From Bacteroidia bacterium (GTDB lineage: Bacteria; Bacteroidota; Bacteroidia; AKYH767-A; 2013-40CM-41-45), in contig DAOQWA010000007.1 of the NCBI GenBank assembly GCA_035341855.1, forward strand, positions 18,646 through 82,645: 64,000 nucleotides of DNA, written 5' to 3'. This document shows positions 17,434-26,436 of this stretch, piece by piece; within the stretch, counting starts at the first letter, position 1; each line of letters opens with the position of its first letter. Made by a program: the position numbers and the translations under genes. The notes under the pieces are model-generated. The model saw only the letters and a list, made by a program, of their open reading frames with translations, did not search any database and was not told the DNA's origin.

Positions 17434-18972
17434 TTACCTTATAATGGTGAATTTTTGATGGCTCAGGGAAAAATTAGATTCAACTACGAGAATGTAAATA
17501 CCTTCCGCAAATTGGCTGATGTCGATTGTGTTCAAATCGTTAGCCAGGAGTCCGGTATGTACTGAACTACCGTCGGTTTTTAAAATTTTGAATGGAGTTG
17601 GTTGATGATTATCTGACAGTTGGATGTGTAAATTATCGTTAACAGGAATCGGAAACAATTTGAAAGAAAGCTTCGGAGGACCCTCAGGAATCTCGACAAG
17701 ACTGAATGCCAAAATATTGGAGCTGGAAATACATCCATTTTGATAAACTATTTTGGCTTGATAGTTTCCTGAACTCTGAGGAACCAGATATGAAAGAGTA
17801 TCGTTTGTCAGAAGGACAGAGTTTAAAAACCATTGAATATTTCCGGCGGTAGAGGCAAAGATGCTATCATTCAATAGCGAGATCGAAATGGAGGGCGAGG
17901 GGAGTATATCAATATTTATGTCATCTGAGTCGGAACAACCATTACTATCTGTAACCAGTAAAGTAAATCCTGTAGTTGAGTTGATTGTTGCAAGAGGGTT
18001 TGCAATTAAAGGGTCACTTAATGGCAATGCCGGTGTCCATGTATATGTATAGGGCGTTGTGCCTCCGGAAGCAGAGGGGTTTCCTCCAAGTGAAATGCTT
18101 TCGCCTTCACAAATGACGAGATCTGTTCCGGCATCTGCATTAAGGTTGCTTACGTTCACGAACAAAGAAACCGGAAGGCTGCTTCCACAACCATTATTTG
18201 CGACAACTTGAAGATTTCCTGAATTAGAATTTGCCATTACAGTAATACTGTTTGCGGATGAGCTTCCTGTCCATCCGGCCGGAATTGTCCATGAATAAGA
18301 TGTTGCGCCGATTACCGGGTTTATTGTATAGGTCTGCGTAGTGCCATGACAGATAGCCGGATTTCCTGAAATTGGATTTGGTTGATCAGGCACCGGACAA
18401 ACTTGTTCAGTGACTGTCAAGCTTGATTTGTAGACATAGTCATTATTGTCATTAGCGTTTCCGTCTGCGGCAACGCCTGCAAAGTAAAAGCTCACAGGCC
18501 CTGTACCGCTGGATGGTGCTGTCCAACTAAAATTAAAAGTTTTTGACCCGCTTGCAGCACCGGCATTTAGTTGATGGACAACATTTCTTCGAGTTACAGA
18601 ATTCACCACTCTGGTTTTGATCTGAGTTGCGGCAGCATCGGTGATGACCAAAGTACCTGCATTGTCATTTAAACTATTCAAAGCCTCAAAACCGAAGCCA
18701 AATAAATTATTAGACGTTCTGGACACAGTTATACTCATATTGTAAGTCTGACCTGCGACATACTCATTCAATGGCATTCCGGCATTTTGGAAAGTAATTG
18801 TACCACCTCCGGTATTTACCGGAAAGGAAGAATGGCAGGTCGTACAGTCTGTCTCACCGGGGGATCCGGTGTAACCTGCTCTTCCATCATCGCTAAACTG
18901 CTCACTGGTAAATAGTAAAACCGATAAGAATGGTAATACAGCAGGAATTATTTTCTTTATTATTCTGGTCAT
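17434..18972 (-). CDS. T9SS-secreted protein with PKD-like domain and type-A C-terminal sorting domain
   Basis: Signal peptide (MTRIIKKIIPAVLPFLSVLLF). PKD-like module with the ATSYSWTIPAGWTGSS motif. C-terminal LKLFPIPVNDNLHIQL...GIYILVVESNF...KFTIIR resembles a T9SS CTD. An N-terminal CTTCH (CxxCH) motif is present. Confidence 0.75.
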   Translation of the reverse strand: MTRIIKKIIPAVLPFLSVLLFTSEQFSDDGRAGYTGSPGETDCTTCHSSFPVNTGGGTITFQNAGMPLNEYVAGQTYNMSITVSRTSNNLFGFGFEALNSLNDNAGTLVITDAAATQIKTRVVNSVTRRNVVHQLNAGAASGSKTFNFSWTAPSSGTGPVSFYFAGVAADGNANDNNDYVYKSSLTVTEQVCPVPDQPNPISGNPAICHGTTQTYTINPVIGATSYSWTIPAGWTGSSSANSITVMANSNSGNLQVVANNGCGSSLPVSLFVNVSNLNADAGTDLVICEGESISLGGNPSASGGTTPYTYTWTPALPLSDPLIANPLATINSTTGFTLLVTDSNGCSDSDDINIDILPSPSISISLLNDSIFASTAGNIQWFLNSVLLTNDTLSYLVPQSSGNYQAKIVYQNGCISSSNILAFSLVEIPEGPPKLSFKLFPIPVNDNLHIQLSDNHQPTPFKILKTDGSSVHTGLLANDLNTIDISQFAEGIYILVVESNFSLSHQKFTIIR

Positions 18973-19272
18973 TAGACTTCTGGCAAGTTGTTTTAATTCT
19001 TGAAGACGAATTTCATCAATATTTTTATAATATACTCTTCAATTGAATAAAATTTAAGGACAATGAATATAGCAGTTATTTGGCTTCCGGTTAATGGAAT
19101 ATCCTTGCTGATGAGATGGATTAGACTATTTATTGAACTGATGGATTAATTCTTCTTTTAACTATTTTTCGTGTTTGCCGGTATTGTAGATACTCTTTTG
19201 TGCCAACAGTGTCTCATTGCTAATTCTCCGGATCAATGATCTATTATTTGCGGGAGTTGCCTAAATTGCCGC

Positions 19273-20847
19273 ATGAAATTTGAAAAGTACTTTTTCTATT
19301 TGTTGATTTTGGTTCACCTCTTACCGGTGATCTTGTTGCCTTATTTTGTGACGCATGACGGTCCTGCTCATGTGTATAATGCTAACCTGATTCAGCAACT
19401 GTTATTTGACAAGGGCGGCTTGGCATCGTTTTTCTTTGAGTTCAACCCTCAAATCCTTCCCAATTGGATTTCTCATCTCATGTTGCTTTTGTTTAACCAG
19501 ATCCTGAGTCCGGAAGTATCTGAAAGAATCGTAATTGCCATATATATTGTCGCTTTCCCCTTGTCATTCAGGGCCCTTGTACTTGCCATAAATCCATCTG
19601 CCTTCGCCGCAACATATTTGATATTTCCCTACGTACAGGCTTTTTCGATCTTAACCGGCTTGTACAGTTTTTGTCTCGGTTTATGTCTTATGTTTTATGT
19701 TCTGTATAAATGGAAAAAATCCGGATTGCCATTAGATCGTCAGGGTAAAATCTATTTTTCGATATGGATGATACTGATCTATTTTTCGCATCTCTTCGTA
19801 TTTATGTTGGTCATGCTTGCACTTGGCTTCATGATCTGCTGGAAGCATTTCAATGACTTTAGTTTTTCGCTGAAGAAGGTGTTTGCAAATTTTTCATTGT
19901 TGTGGAGGCAGATCCGCATGTTACTGGTGATCTCATTTTTACCCCTGTGCCTTACATTGCTTTTCGCTTTTCATCAGGCATCCAAGACTGATACTGAAAT
20001 TCCGGAGTTTGATACAATGTTAGAATTGTTTATTGATGTTCGACCGATCATAGCATTGAATTATGATATGGAGAAGGTTTATTCAAGGCCTTTGTTCTAT
20101 GTGTACCTCATTCTCTTACTTGCCGGACTAATCATGAAAGTCAGGTCATCTCCCGGTCGAAGTAAAAACTTTGTACAGGCAGAGGATGGTTGGTTCATTC
20201 TTTCTTTACTAATGACTTTCTTTTATTTCTTTTTACCTGATGATATTTTTTCGGGTGGTATTGTTGCTATTCGTTTTTGTTTGATGAGTTATTTGTTTCT
20301 GATACTGTGGTTAGCTGCTTATACACCAAGCAAATTGATGCTTGGAGGAGCTTTATTGTCAGTTATTTCATCGCTTTTGCTATTAAATGAAAGGCAAGCT
20401 TCTTTAAAAGCCTTGTCAAATGATGCTGAAGATTTTGCTGTATGTGAGGAGCACATTGAAGCTGAGAAAACTTTGTTGACGCTTAATTATTCGGACAACT
20501 GGATGTTAGACAATATAGCCAGTTATATCGCTGATGATAAAAATATTCTACTGCTTGATAATTACGAAGCGAATCAGGTACATTTTCCCTTGATATGGAA
20601 GAAGGACCGCGATCCTGATAAGATTTTGGGAAATGCAGGTAAGGCAAATCGACCATGTATTGATCTCTTAAAATATAAATCCTTTACCGGTCTTGAAATA
20701 GATTATATACTTGTGATGAAACGACCTTCAGAAGTTGTTGATTCGTGCACACAATCTGTGGATGAACAATTACGTAATGCTTACCGTGAGATCTTTGTTA
20801 GCCCAAGAGGTCACGGAGTTTTATACAAGCGCTTAGGTTTGTTTTGA
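19273..20847 (+). CDS. polytopic integral membrane protein, function unknown
   Basis: 524 aa with at least 10 hydrophobic helices and no recognisable catalytic motif. Confidence 0.55.
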   Translation: MKFEKYFFYLLILVHLLPVILLPYFVTHDGPAHVYNANLIQQLLFDKGGLASFFFEFNPQILPNWISHLMLLLFNQILSPEVSERIVIAIYIVAFPLSFRALVLAINPSAFAATYLIFPYVQAFSILTGLYSFCLGLCLMFYVLYKWKKSGLPLDRQGKIYFSIWMILIYFSHLFVFMLVMLALGFMICWKHFNDFSFSLKKVFANFSLLWRQIRMLLVISFLPLCLTLLFAFHQASKTDTEIPEFDTMLELFIDVRPIIALNYDMEKVYSRPLFYVYLILLLAGLIMKVRSSPGRSKNFVQAEDGWFILSLLMTFFYFFLPDDIFSGGIVAIRFCLMSYLFLILWLAAYTPSKLMLGGALLSVISSLLLLNERQASLKALSNDAEDFAVCEEHIEAEKTLLTLNYSDNWMLDNIASYIADDKNILLLDNYEANQVHFPLIWKKDRDPDKILGNAGKANRPCIDLLKYKSFTGLEIDYILVMKRPSEVVDSCTQSVDEQLRNAYREIFVSPRGHGVLYKRLGLF

Positions 20848-20977
20848 ATTTTAATAGATGTCTCATTTTATTTTTTATCCGGGTTTAATTGGTTGATACA
20901 TTGTGCCTTATATTTCAGTAATTATTTTCGGCAAGAATAACTTATCTTGTGCGAAATTTTAATTTACTAACTTAAAC

Positions 20978-21826
20978 ATGCGAACCATGAAAAAAATTTA
21001 TTCAATTCTCTCCGCTGTAGTATTTGCAGTATTTGTATCCGGGGGGGCATATGCTCAATTACAACTGCCTGCACCTAGTCCAAAGGCTACCCTTTCCCAA
21101 ATGGTTGGTTTGACAGAAATATCTATAGAGTATAGCAGTCCGGGTGTAAAAGGTCGTACGATCTTTGGTGATCTTGTACCGTATGACCAGGTGTGGCGTA
21201 CAGGAGCAAATGCATCTACTAAAATTTCATTCAGTAAGGATGTGACAATTGCCGGCACGAAAGTGGCAAAAGGCACATATTCACTGTTAAGTATTCCCGG
21301 AAAAACTGATTGGTCAATTATTATTAATAAAGATGCTGATGTTTCTGTGCCTGACTATAAACAGGCTAATGATGTTGTCCGTGTCAGCGCTAAACCGGAA
21401 AACATTTCAAAGCGTGAAAGACTATCTTTCCAGGTTGTAGATTTCGAAGATTCAAGAGCGATTGTAAATTTGGAATGGGATCAAACTCGTGTTTCGTTTG
21501 CTGTTGAATGCGCTACTGATGAACAGGCTTTGGAGAATATTAAGAACAGTCTTGGCGGTACATGGAGGACCTACAATTCAGCAGCAAGATATATGCTGGA
21601 TAAAAATGATTATGAAACAGCGTTAAAGTATGCGAATCAGTCATTGCAATTGTCAGAAGAGTGGTTCAACACATGGGTGAAAGCAAGTATCCTTTCCAAG
21701 ATGAAGAAAAATAAAGAAGCTTATGAATTGGCTTCAAAAGCGAAGACCTTAGGTGATAAAAACCCTGATGGGTTTTTCTTCAAGACTCAGGTTGAAGATG
21801 CTTTGGCTACGTGGCCTAAACAATAA
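20978..21826 (+). CDS. DUF2911-family secreted protein with C-terminal TPR-like region
   Basis: Signal peptide, then the DUF2911-like core YSSPGVKGRTIFGDLVPYDQVWRTGANASTKISFSKDV. Confidence 0.7.
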   Translation: MRTMKKIYSILSAVVFAVFVSGGAYAQLQLPAPSPKATLSQMVGLTEISIEYSSPGVKGRTIFGDLVPYDQVWRTGANASTKISFSKDVTIAGTKVAKGTYSLLSIPGKTDWSIIINKDADVSVPDYKQANDVVRVSAKPENISKRERLSFQVVDFEDSRAIVNLEWDQTRVSFAVECATDEQALENIKNSLGGTWRTYNSAARYMLDKNDYETALKYANQSLQLSEEWFNTWVKASILSKMKKNKEAYELASKAKTLGDKNPDGFFFKTQVEDALATWPKQ

Positions 21827-21842
21827 TTGGTATTCAATTAGA

Positions 21843-21878
21843 AAGTGGCAAGAGAATAATTCTTTTGCCACTTTTTTT
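21843..21878. terminator. bidirectional terminator between convergent genes
   Basis: AAGTGGCAA-(13 nt)-TTGCCACTT followed by T6, between the DUF2911 gene (+) and the symporter gene (-). Confidence 0.6.
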
Positions 21879-21897
21879 ATGGACTAATATGTAGAAA

Positions 21898-23616
21898 CTA
21901 CTTCGTTGATTTTGTAATCCGCTTGTGATTATTCAGGTTTGGTCCGGTGAGATGGAATATCCAGGCAAAAAGCACGACTAATATGCAACCGATAAGATTA
22001 AGCCACAGGAATGCTGTGAGGTCAAGCCAAAAAATAAACATGACAAATGCTTCTGCTGTTAGTGCTGCAAAAAATACCTTTCCGCCTTTTATCTTTTTAA
22101 GATAAAACGCCACCACGAAAATACCCAGAATTGTCCCATAAAATAAGGAGCCAAGTTTGTTAACGGCTTCGATAAGACTTCCCAATTGATTAGCAAACAT
22201 TGCAACCATAATGGCATAGGCTCCCCAAAGTATAGTGACCCACCTTGATGTTCCAAGATATTCTTTATCGCTTTTTTCTTTTTTTGAAAAACGTTTTACT
22301 ATATCTACAACCGTAGTGGATGCAAGTGCATTTAGTTCTGAGGCAGTAGAAGACATGGAGGCAGAAAATATTACAGCTATCAGAAGGCCAATCAAGCCGG
22401 CCGGAAGATAACGCGTAACGAAGGAGAGGAAAATATAGTTTGTATCATTTGTCTCGGCCAGAGGGTCGTTCTTTTTCATGAGTGTCATGGCCTCGGATCT
22501 CACCAGCTTCATTTCTTCATCCTTGCTTGTCATGCTTGTTCCTAATAAAGATCGTGATTGATCATCTCCATTACGAATGGCTGCAGTTAATGCATTCAGG
22601 TCAGCTTGTTTCTTCCGGTATAAGTCTTCATACTGAATATTAAGTTTGGAAATATCTTCGGCATATTCGCTCTTTGAAATTTTTTCTAGCTCTACTCTGT
22701 TGAAGTGTAATGGCGGCTGATGAAATTGATAGAACACGAATAATAATGCTCCTATCATAAGAATCAGAAATTGCATTGGTATTTTTATGATTCCATTGAA
22801 TAGGAGTCCAAGGCGACTTTGGCCAACGCTTTTTCCGGAAAGGTATCGTCCGACCTGACTCTGATCAGTACCAAAATATGCAAGTGCTAGAAAGAATCCA
22901 CCTATCAAGCCTGACCAAATATTGTACTGATTCTTAAGGTCAAAATTGAAATCGACAACGTTGAGCTTCCCCATTGAGCCTGCAACTTTGAGAGATTCTG
23001 AAAGGCTTAAATTATCAGGTATCAAATGCACTACCATATAGCCGGCCAAAAACATGCCAATAAAAATTACCGCCATCTGTTGCATCTGAGTTATACTTAC
23101 TGCTTTTGTTCCACCGGCTACCGTGTAAGTCACTACTAAGCCTCCTATGATAAGGTTAGTCCAATAGATATTCCAACCCAATATTGAAGATAGAATAATT
23201 GATGGAGCATAGATGGTAAGTCCGCATGCCAGTCCTCTTTGAATGAGAAACAAAAATGCGGTCAATGCACGAGTTTTTAAGTCAAATCGATTTTCAAGAA
23301 ATTCATAAGCGGTAAAAACTTTCAGTCTGTGAAAGATCGGTACAAAGGTGACACTGAGAACTATCATAGCGATTGGCAGTCCGAAATAAAACTGAACAAA
23401 TCGCATGCCGTCAGTATAAGCCTGACCGGGAGCAGACAGAAAAGTTATGGCGCTTGCCTGTGTGGCCATAATGGAAATTCCTACTACATACCATGGCATG
23501 CTTTTGTTGGCAAGCAAATAACCTTCAATGTTTTTGCTTCCCCGACTTTTCCAGATACCGTAAATTACTATAAATAGTAAGGTGCCTACCAGCACAAACC
23601 AATCTAAGTTACTCAT
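21898..23616 (-). CDS. sodium:solute symporter family transporter
   Basis: 572 aa with about 13-14 TM helices. SSF N-terminal pattern (EGYLLANKSMPWYVVGISIMATQASAITFLSAPGQAY). Confidence 0.9.
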   Translation of the reverse strand: MSNLDWFVLVGTLLFIVIYGIWKSRGSKNIEGYLLANKSMPWYVVGISIMATQASAITFLSAPGQAYTDGMRFVQFYFGLPIAMIVLSVTFVPIFHRLKVFTAYEFLENRFDLKTRALTAFLFLIQRGLACGLTIYAPSIILSSILGWNIYWTNLIIGGLVVTYTVAGGTKAVSITQMQQMAVIFIGMFLAGYMVVHLIPDNLSLSESLKVAGSMGKLNVVDFNFDLKNQYNIWSGLIGGFFLALAYFGTDQSQVGRYLSGKSVGQSRLGLLFNGIIKIPMQFLILMIGALLFVFYQFHQPPLHFNRVELEKISKSEYAEDISKLNIQYEDLYRKKQADLNALTAAIRNGDDQSRSLLGTSMTSKDEEMKLVRSEAMTLMKKNDPLAETNDTNYIFLSFVTRYLPAGLIGLLIAVIFSASMSSTASELNALASTTVVDIVKRFSKKEKSDKEYLGTSRWVTILWGAYAIMVAMFANQLGSLIEAVNKLGSLFYGTILGIFVVAFYLKKIKGGKVFFAALTAEAFVMFIFWLDLTAFLWLNLIGCILVVLFAWIFHLTGPNLNNHKRITKSTK

Positions 23617-23753
23617 GAATAATGTTCTTTAAAGAGGTAGAACAAAATGATGAGTATGATCAGATTCGTAAAGACAGCGATGTAAATATTGCGCCATGAT
23701 CTCAGGATGGGTGGCTTGTCTTCTTCAGAATGTTCTTGATTATCCTTTTTCAT
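23613..23753 (-). CDS. small (46 aa) single-TM protein translationally coupled to the symporter gene
   Basis: ATG 23753 reads MKKDNQEHSEEDKPPILRSWRNIYIAVFTNLIILIILFYLFKEHYS. Its TGA stop overlaps the symporter start as ATGA. It is absent from the ORF track because it is under 60 aa. Confidence 0.5.
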   Translation of the reverse strand: MKKDNQEHSEEDKPPILRSWRNIYIAVFTNLIILIILFYLFKEHYS

Positions 23754-23802
23754 GGCTTTTATATTCTGAATAATTATAATTAAATTTCCAGTTATCGGCC
23801 TG

Positions 23803-26292
23803 TTAATCGTGTTGCGGATAACCTGCTGACATGAGGTTTACAAATAATCTATACGCACCCGGTACTCCTGCAGGTAATTCCCTGAAAAACGAAAGGCCTG
23901 TATAGATAAATTTACCACTACCATATTCAGCATAGATTAATGATCCTTCGAGTTCTTTGCTGCCAGGGTCGTTCATAGAAAATAGGGTTTCGTATTTTGA
24001 ATCATAATCTCCGGCAAAATATAATCCGCGTTCCTGTATCCATCCTTTAAAATCAGAGGCTGTGATAAGATTCGGCTGAGTAAGCAATTTGTGATCCTTC
24101 TTTAGAAATCGAACTTCTGCCGTTTCATCTGTGACCCTGTCACGTGTAATTTGGAAAGGGTATGGGCCGATGTCAGCTTTCAGGCTACTCAGAAAATTAC
24201 TTGTGTTGTACTGAACAAGAAGTGTACCACCGGCTTTTACGTACTCCATCAATCGAGGTTGGTATACGTTCATACGTTCATTAGTATTGTATAAACGAAT
24301 TCCGGTGATGATGACATCAAAGTGAGAGAGGTCTCCACGACTGAGCATATCGTCATCAAGAAATTTCACGTCATAGCCGATCTGTTTCAAGGCTGCCGGA
24401 ATGTTATCGCCTGCTCCTTCGATATAGCCAACCTTTAAGGCGAGGGTGTTCAGATCAAAATGAATTAATTCTGCTTCAGCATCCCTGACAAGGGTTTGAA
24501 CAGGTATATGATCATGTTCAACCCTGTGAACTGTCTTTGATAGTTTTTTTCCTTCAGTTAGCACTGAAAAACTTAGAGTCGATTCAGTATATTCTTTTGG
24601 AGGGCTGATCTTGAAAGTGAATTTTTGTTCTTGATTTTTTTCTGCTATTTCAAAGTTAAATTTTTCAGGGCTGATGAGCCATCCTTTCGGTGCATAAAGT
24701 TGAAGTTCTCCTTCGCATTGCGATTTGTTTGCTCTTAGAGACAAGTTAATATCTTGTGCAACAGGTTTGGTGAATATGTTGATTGGGTCAACAGGATGAA
24801 TGCTCACGGCAGGTAAGATCTCAAACGCACGGTAAAGCTCTCCCCGAACAGGGTCTACCCATTTATATTGAAGAGGTCTCCGAATTTTAAATGTGTCCTC
24901 GTTTATTTTTAGCTGAAATTCTATTTGTATTGCAGAAGGTGCCTCCGGAATTCCGATAGACAGGGGATCTGTGGAGGCAAATCGTCCAATGGAATTTCGT
25001 TTTTCCAACCAGTACGGATTGGTATAGTTTACATTTTCCGGAATCTTGAGTGAGCGTGGAATATTTAGCAGGACATTGTAAGGCATAGAAGAGCTTAGGG
25101 ATGTATCTGCAGTATAACCCGGGATGCTCACTTTTAAAAGTGAGACCTTCTCATTTGTTCTGTGAATAACAGAAGCATTCATGGATACTGATTCTCCGGG
25201 AGTAGCACTGTAGGTGTCAGCCAGTGCTTCTGCAAATATTCCTGCGCAGGAGAGGATTAGTTCTTCCACTTCTTTGGCTTTTTGCGTTCTCCAGTACTCG
25301 TTCTTGACAGTACTTAAAATTAGTGAGCGAATTATTAAAAGTTTCTCGATACTTTCTTCAGGACTCTGAACATTGAAATTATCTATCAGTGACGTAATGC
25401 TTTCAGAGATATCTTTACTTCCTTTTAATCGCTCCCAGGAAGTATTTATGCCACTGAATTCGTCGCCATTTAAATCAAGTCCCTTTAGAATTTTAATATA
25501 ATCATTTTGTACACCTCTGTTTTTTGCAGCGCCGAATCCCTGGCTCTTATGCATGCTTCTGCTTTCAGAGGCCATCTCACCGAATGACTTACCAAGGATT
25601 TCATTATAGGTTCCTATATCCACAGGGATTATGTCAGCTTTACCTTTAACATCTTCCTCTTTCACTCTGAACATATTCCAGAAAATTCTTGTTGCCTGCC
25701 ATGGCTTTACGAATTTGAGTTGTTCAGGAAATTTTGTCTTATCCGCTGCTGCCTCAAAAGCTTCCAGTCCGAGTATTGCAGATGCAGTATGATGACCATG
25801 TCCACCTTCTCCGGTTACCGGGAAGCGGAGAATAATTATATCCGGCTGGAATTTGCGAATAGTCCATACCACATCTGATAAAATGGAATCTTTGTTCCAA
25901 ATTGAAAAAGTTTCTTCCGGGGTTTTTGAGTATCCGAAATCGATTGCTCTTGAAAAAAATTGTTCCGCTCCATCAATCTGTCTTGCAGCCAGCAGTTCCT
26001 GAGTACGAATTACTCCAAGCAGATCGCCTTGTTCGGTTCCGACAAGATTTTGTCCGCCATCACCCCGTGTGAGTGAGAGGTATGCTGTTCTGAATTGTTT
26101 CTCATTTGCATAATAAGAAAGGAGTCTTGTGTTTTCATCATCAGGATGCGCAGCAATATATAAAACAGAGCCAAGCGTATTCAGTTTTTGCATTTTCAAC
26201 AAAATGTCTGAAGAGCTTTGATTATGTTGTTGCGAAAATGCAGATAAAGAAAAAGCAAGAAATAGGAATAGAGGAGAGACCGTTTTTTGCAT
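23803..26292 (-). CDS. PIG-L/LmbE-family deacetylase fused to a C-terminal class-I glutamine-amidotransferase-like (ThuA-like) domain, secreted
   Basis: Signal peptide from ATG 26292 (MQKTVSPLFLFLAFSLSAFSQQ). LmbE motif LYIAAHPDDEN and an HGHH segment. C-terminal GATase1-like segment DVIITGIRLYNTN...AGGTLLVQYN. Confidence 0.75.
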   Translation of the reverse strand: MQKTVSPLFLFLAFSLSAFSQQHNQSSSDILLKMQKLNTLGSVLYIAAHPDDENTRLLSYYANEKQFRTAYLSLTRGDGGQNLVGTEQGDLLGVIRTQELLAARQIDGAEQFFSRAIDFGYSKTPEETFSIWNKDSILSDVVWTIRKFQPDIIILRFPVTGEGGHGHHTASAILGLEAFEAAADKTKFPEQLKFVKPWQATRIFWNMFRVKEEDVKGKADIIPVDIGTYNEILGKSFGEMASESRSMHKSQGFGAAKNRGVQNDYIKILKGLDLNGDEFSGINTSWERLKGSKDISESITSLIDNFNVQSPEESIEKLLIIRSLILSTVKNEYWRTQKAKEVEELILSCAGIFAEALADTYSATPGESVSMNASVIHRTNEKVSLLKVSIPGYTADTSLSSSMPYNVLLNIPRSLKIPENVNYTNPYWLEKRNSIGRFASTDPLSIGIPEAPSAIQIEFQLKINEDTFKIRRPLQYKWVDPVRGELYRAFEILPAVSIHPVDPINIFTKPVAQDINLSLRANKSQCEGELQLYAPKGWLISPEKFNFEIAEKNQEQKFTFKISPPKEYTESTLSFSVLTEGKKLSKTVHRVEHDHIPVQTLVRDAEAELIHFDLNTLALKVGYIEGAGDNIPAALKQIGYDVKFLDDDMLSRGDLSHFDVIITGIRLYNTNERMNVYQPRLMEYVKAGGTLLVQYNTSNFLSSLKADIGPYPFQITRDRVTDETAEVRFLKKDHKLLTQPNLITASDFKGWIQERGLYFAGDYDSKYETLFSMNDPGSKELEGSLIYAEYGSGKFIYTGLSFFRELPAGVPGAYRLFVNLMSAGYPQHD

Positions 26293-26436
26293 AAGAAATA
26301 AGTATCCGGTAAATATAGTTATTTCAATTGAAAAATATTTTTGATATTCAAGGTAAAAAAATAAAAGTTGATTCATATTGCATGTTCCGGCAAGATAAAT
26401 CAACTTTTATTTTCCAATAGTATAACTGCGCAGGCC

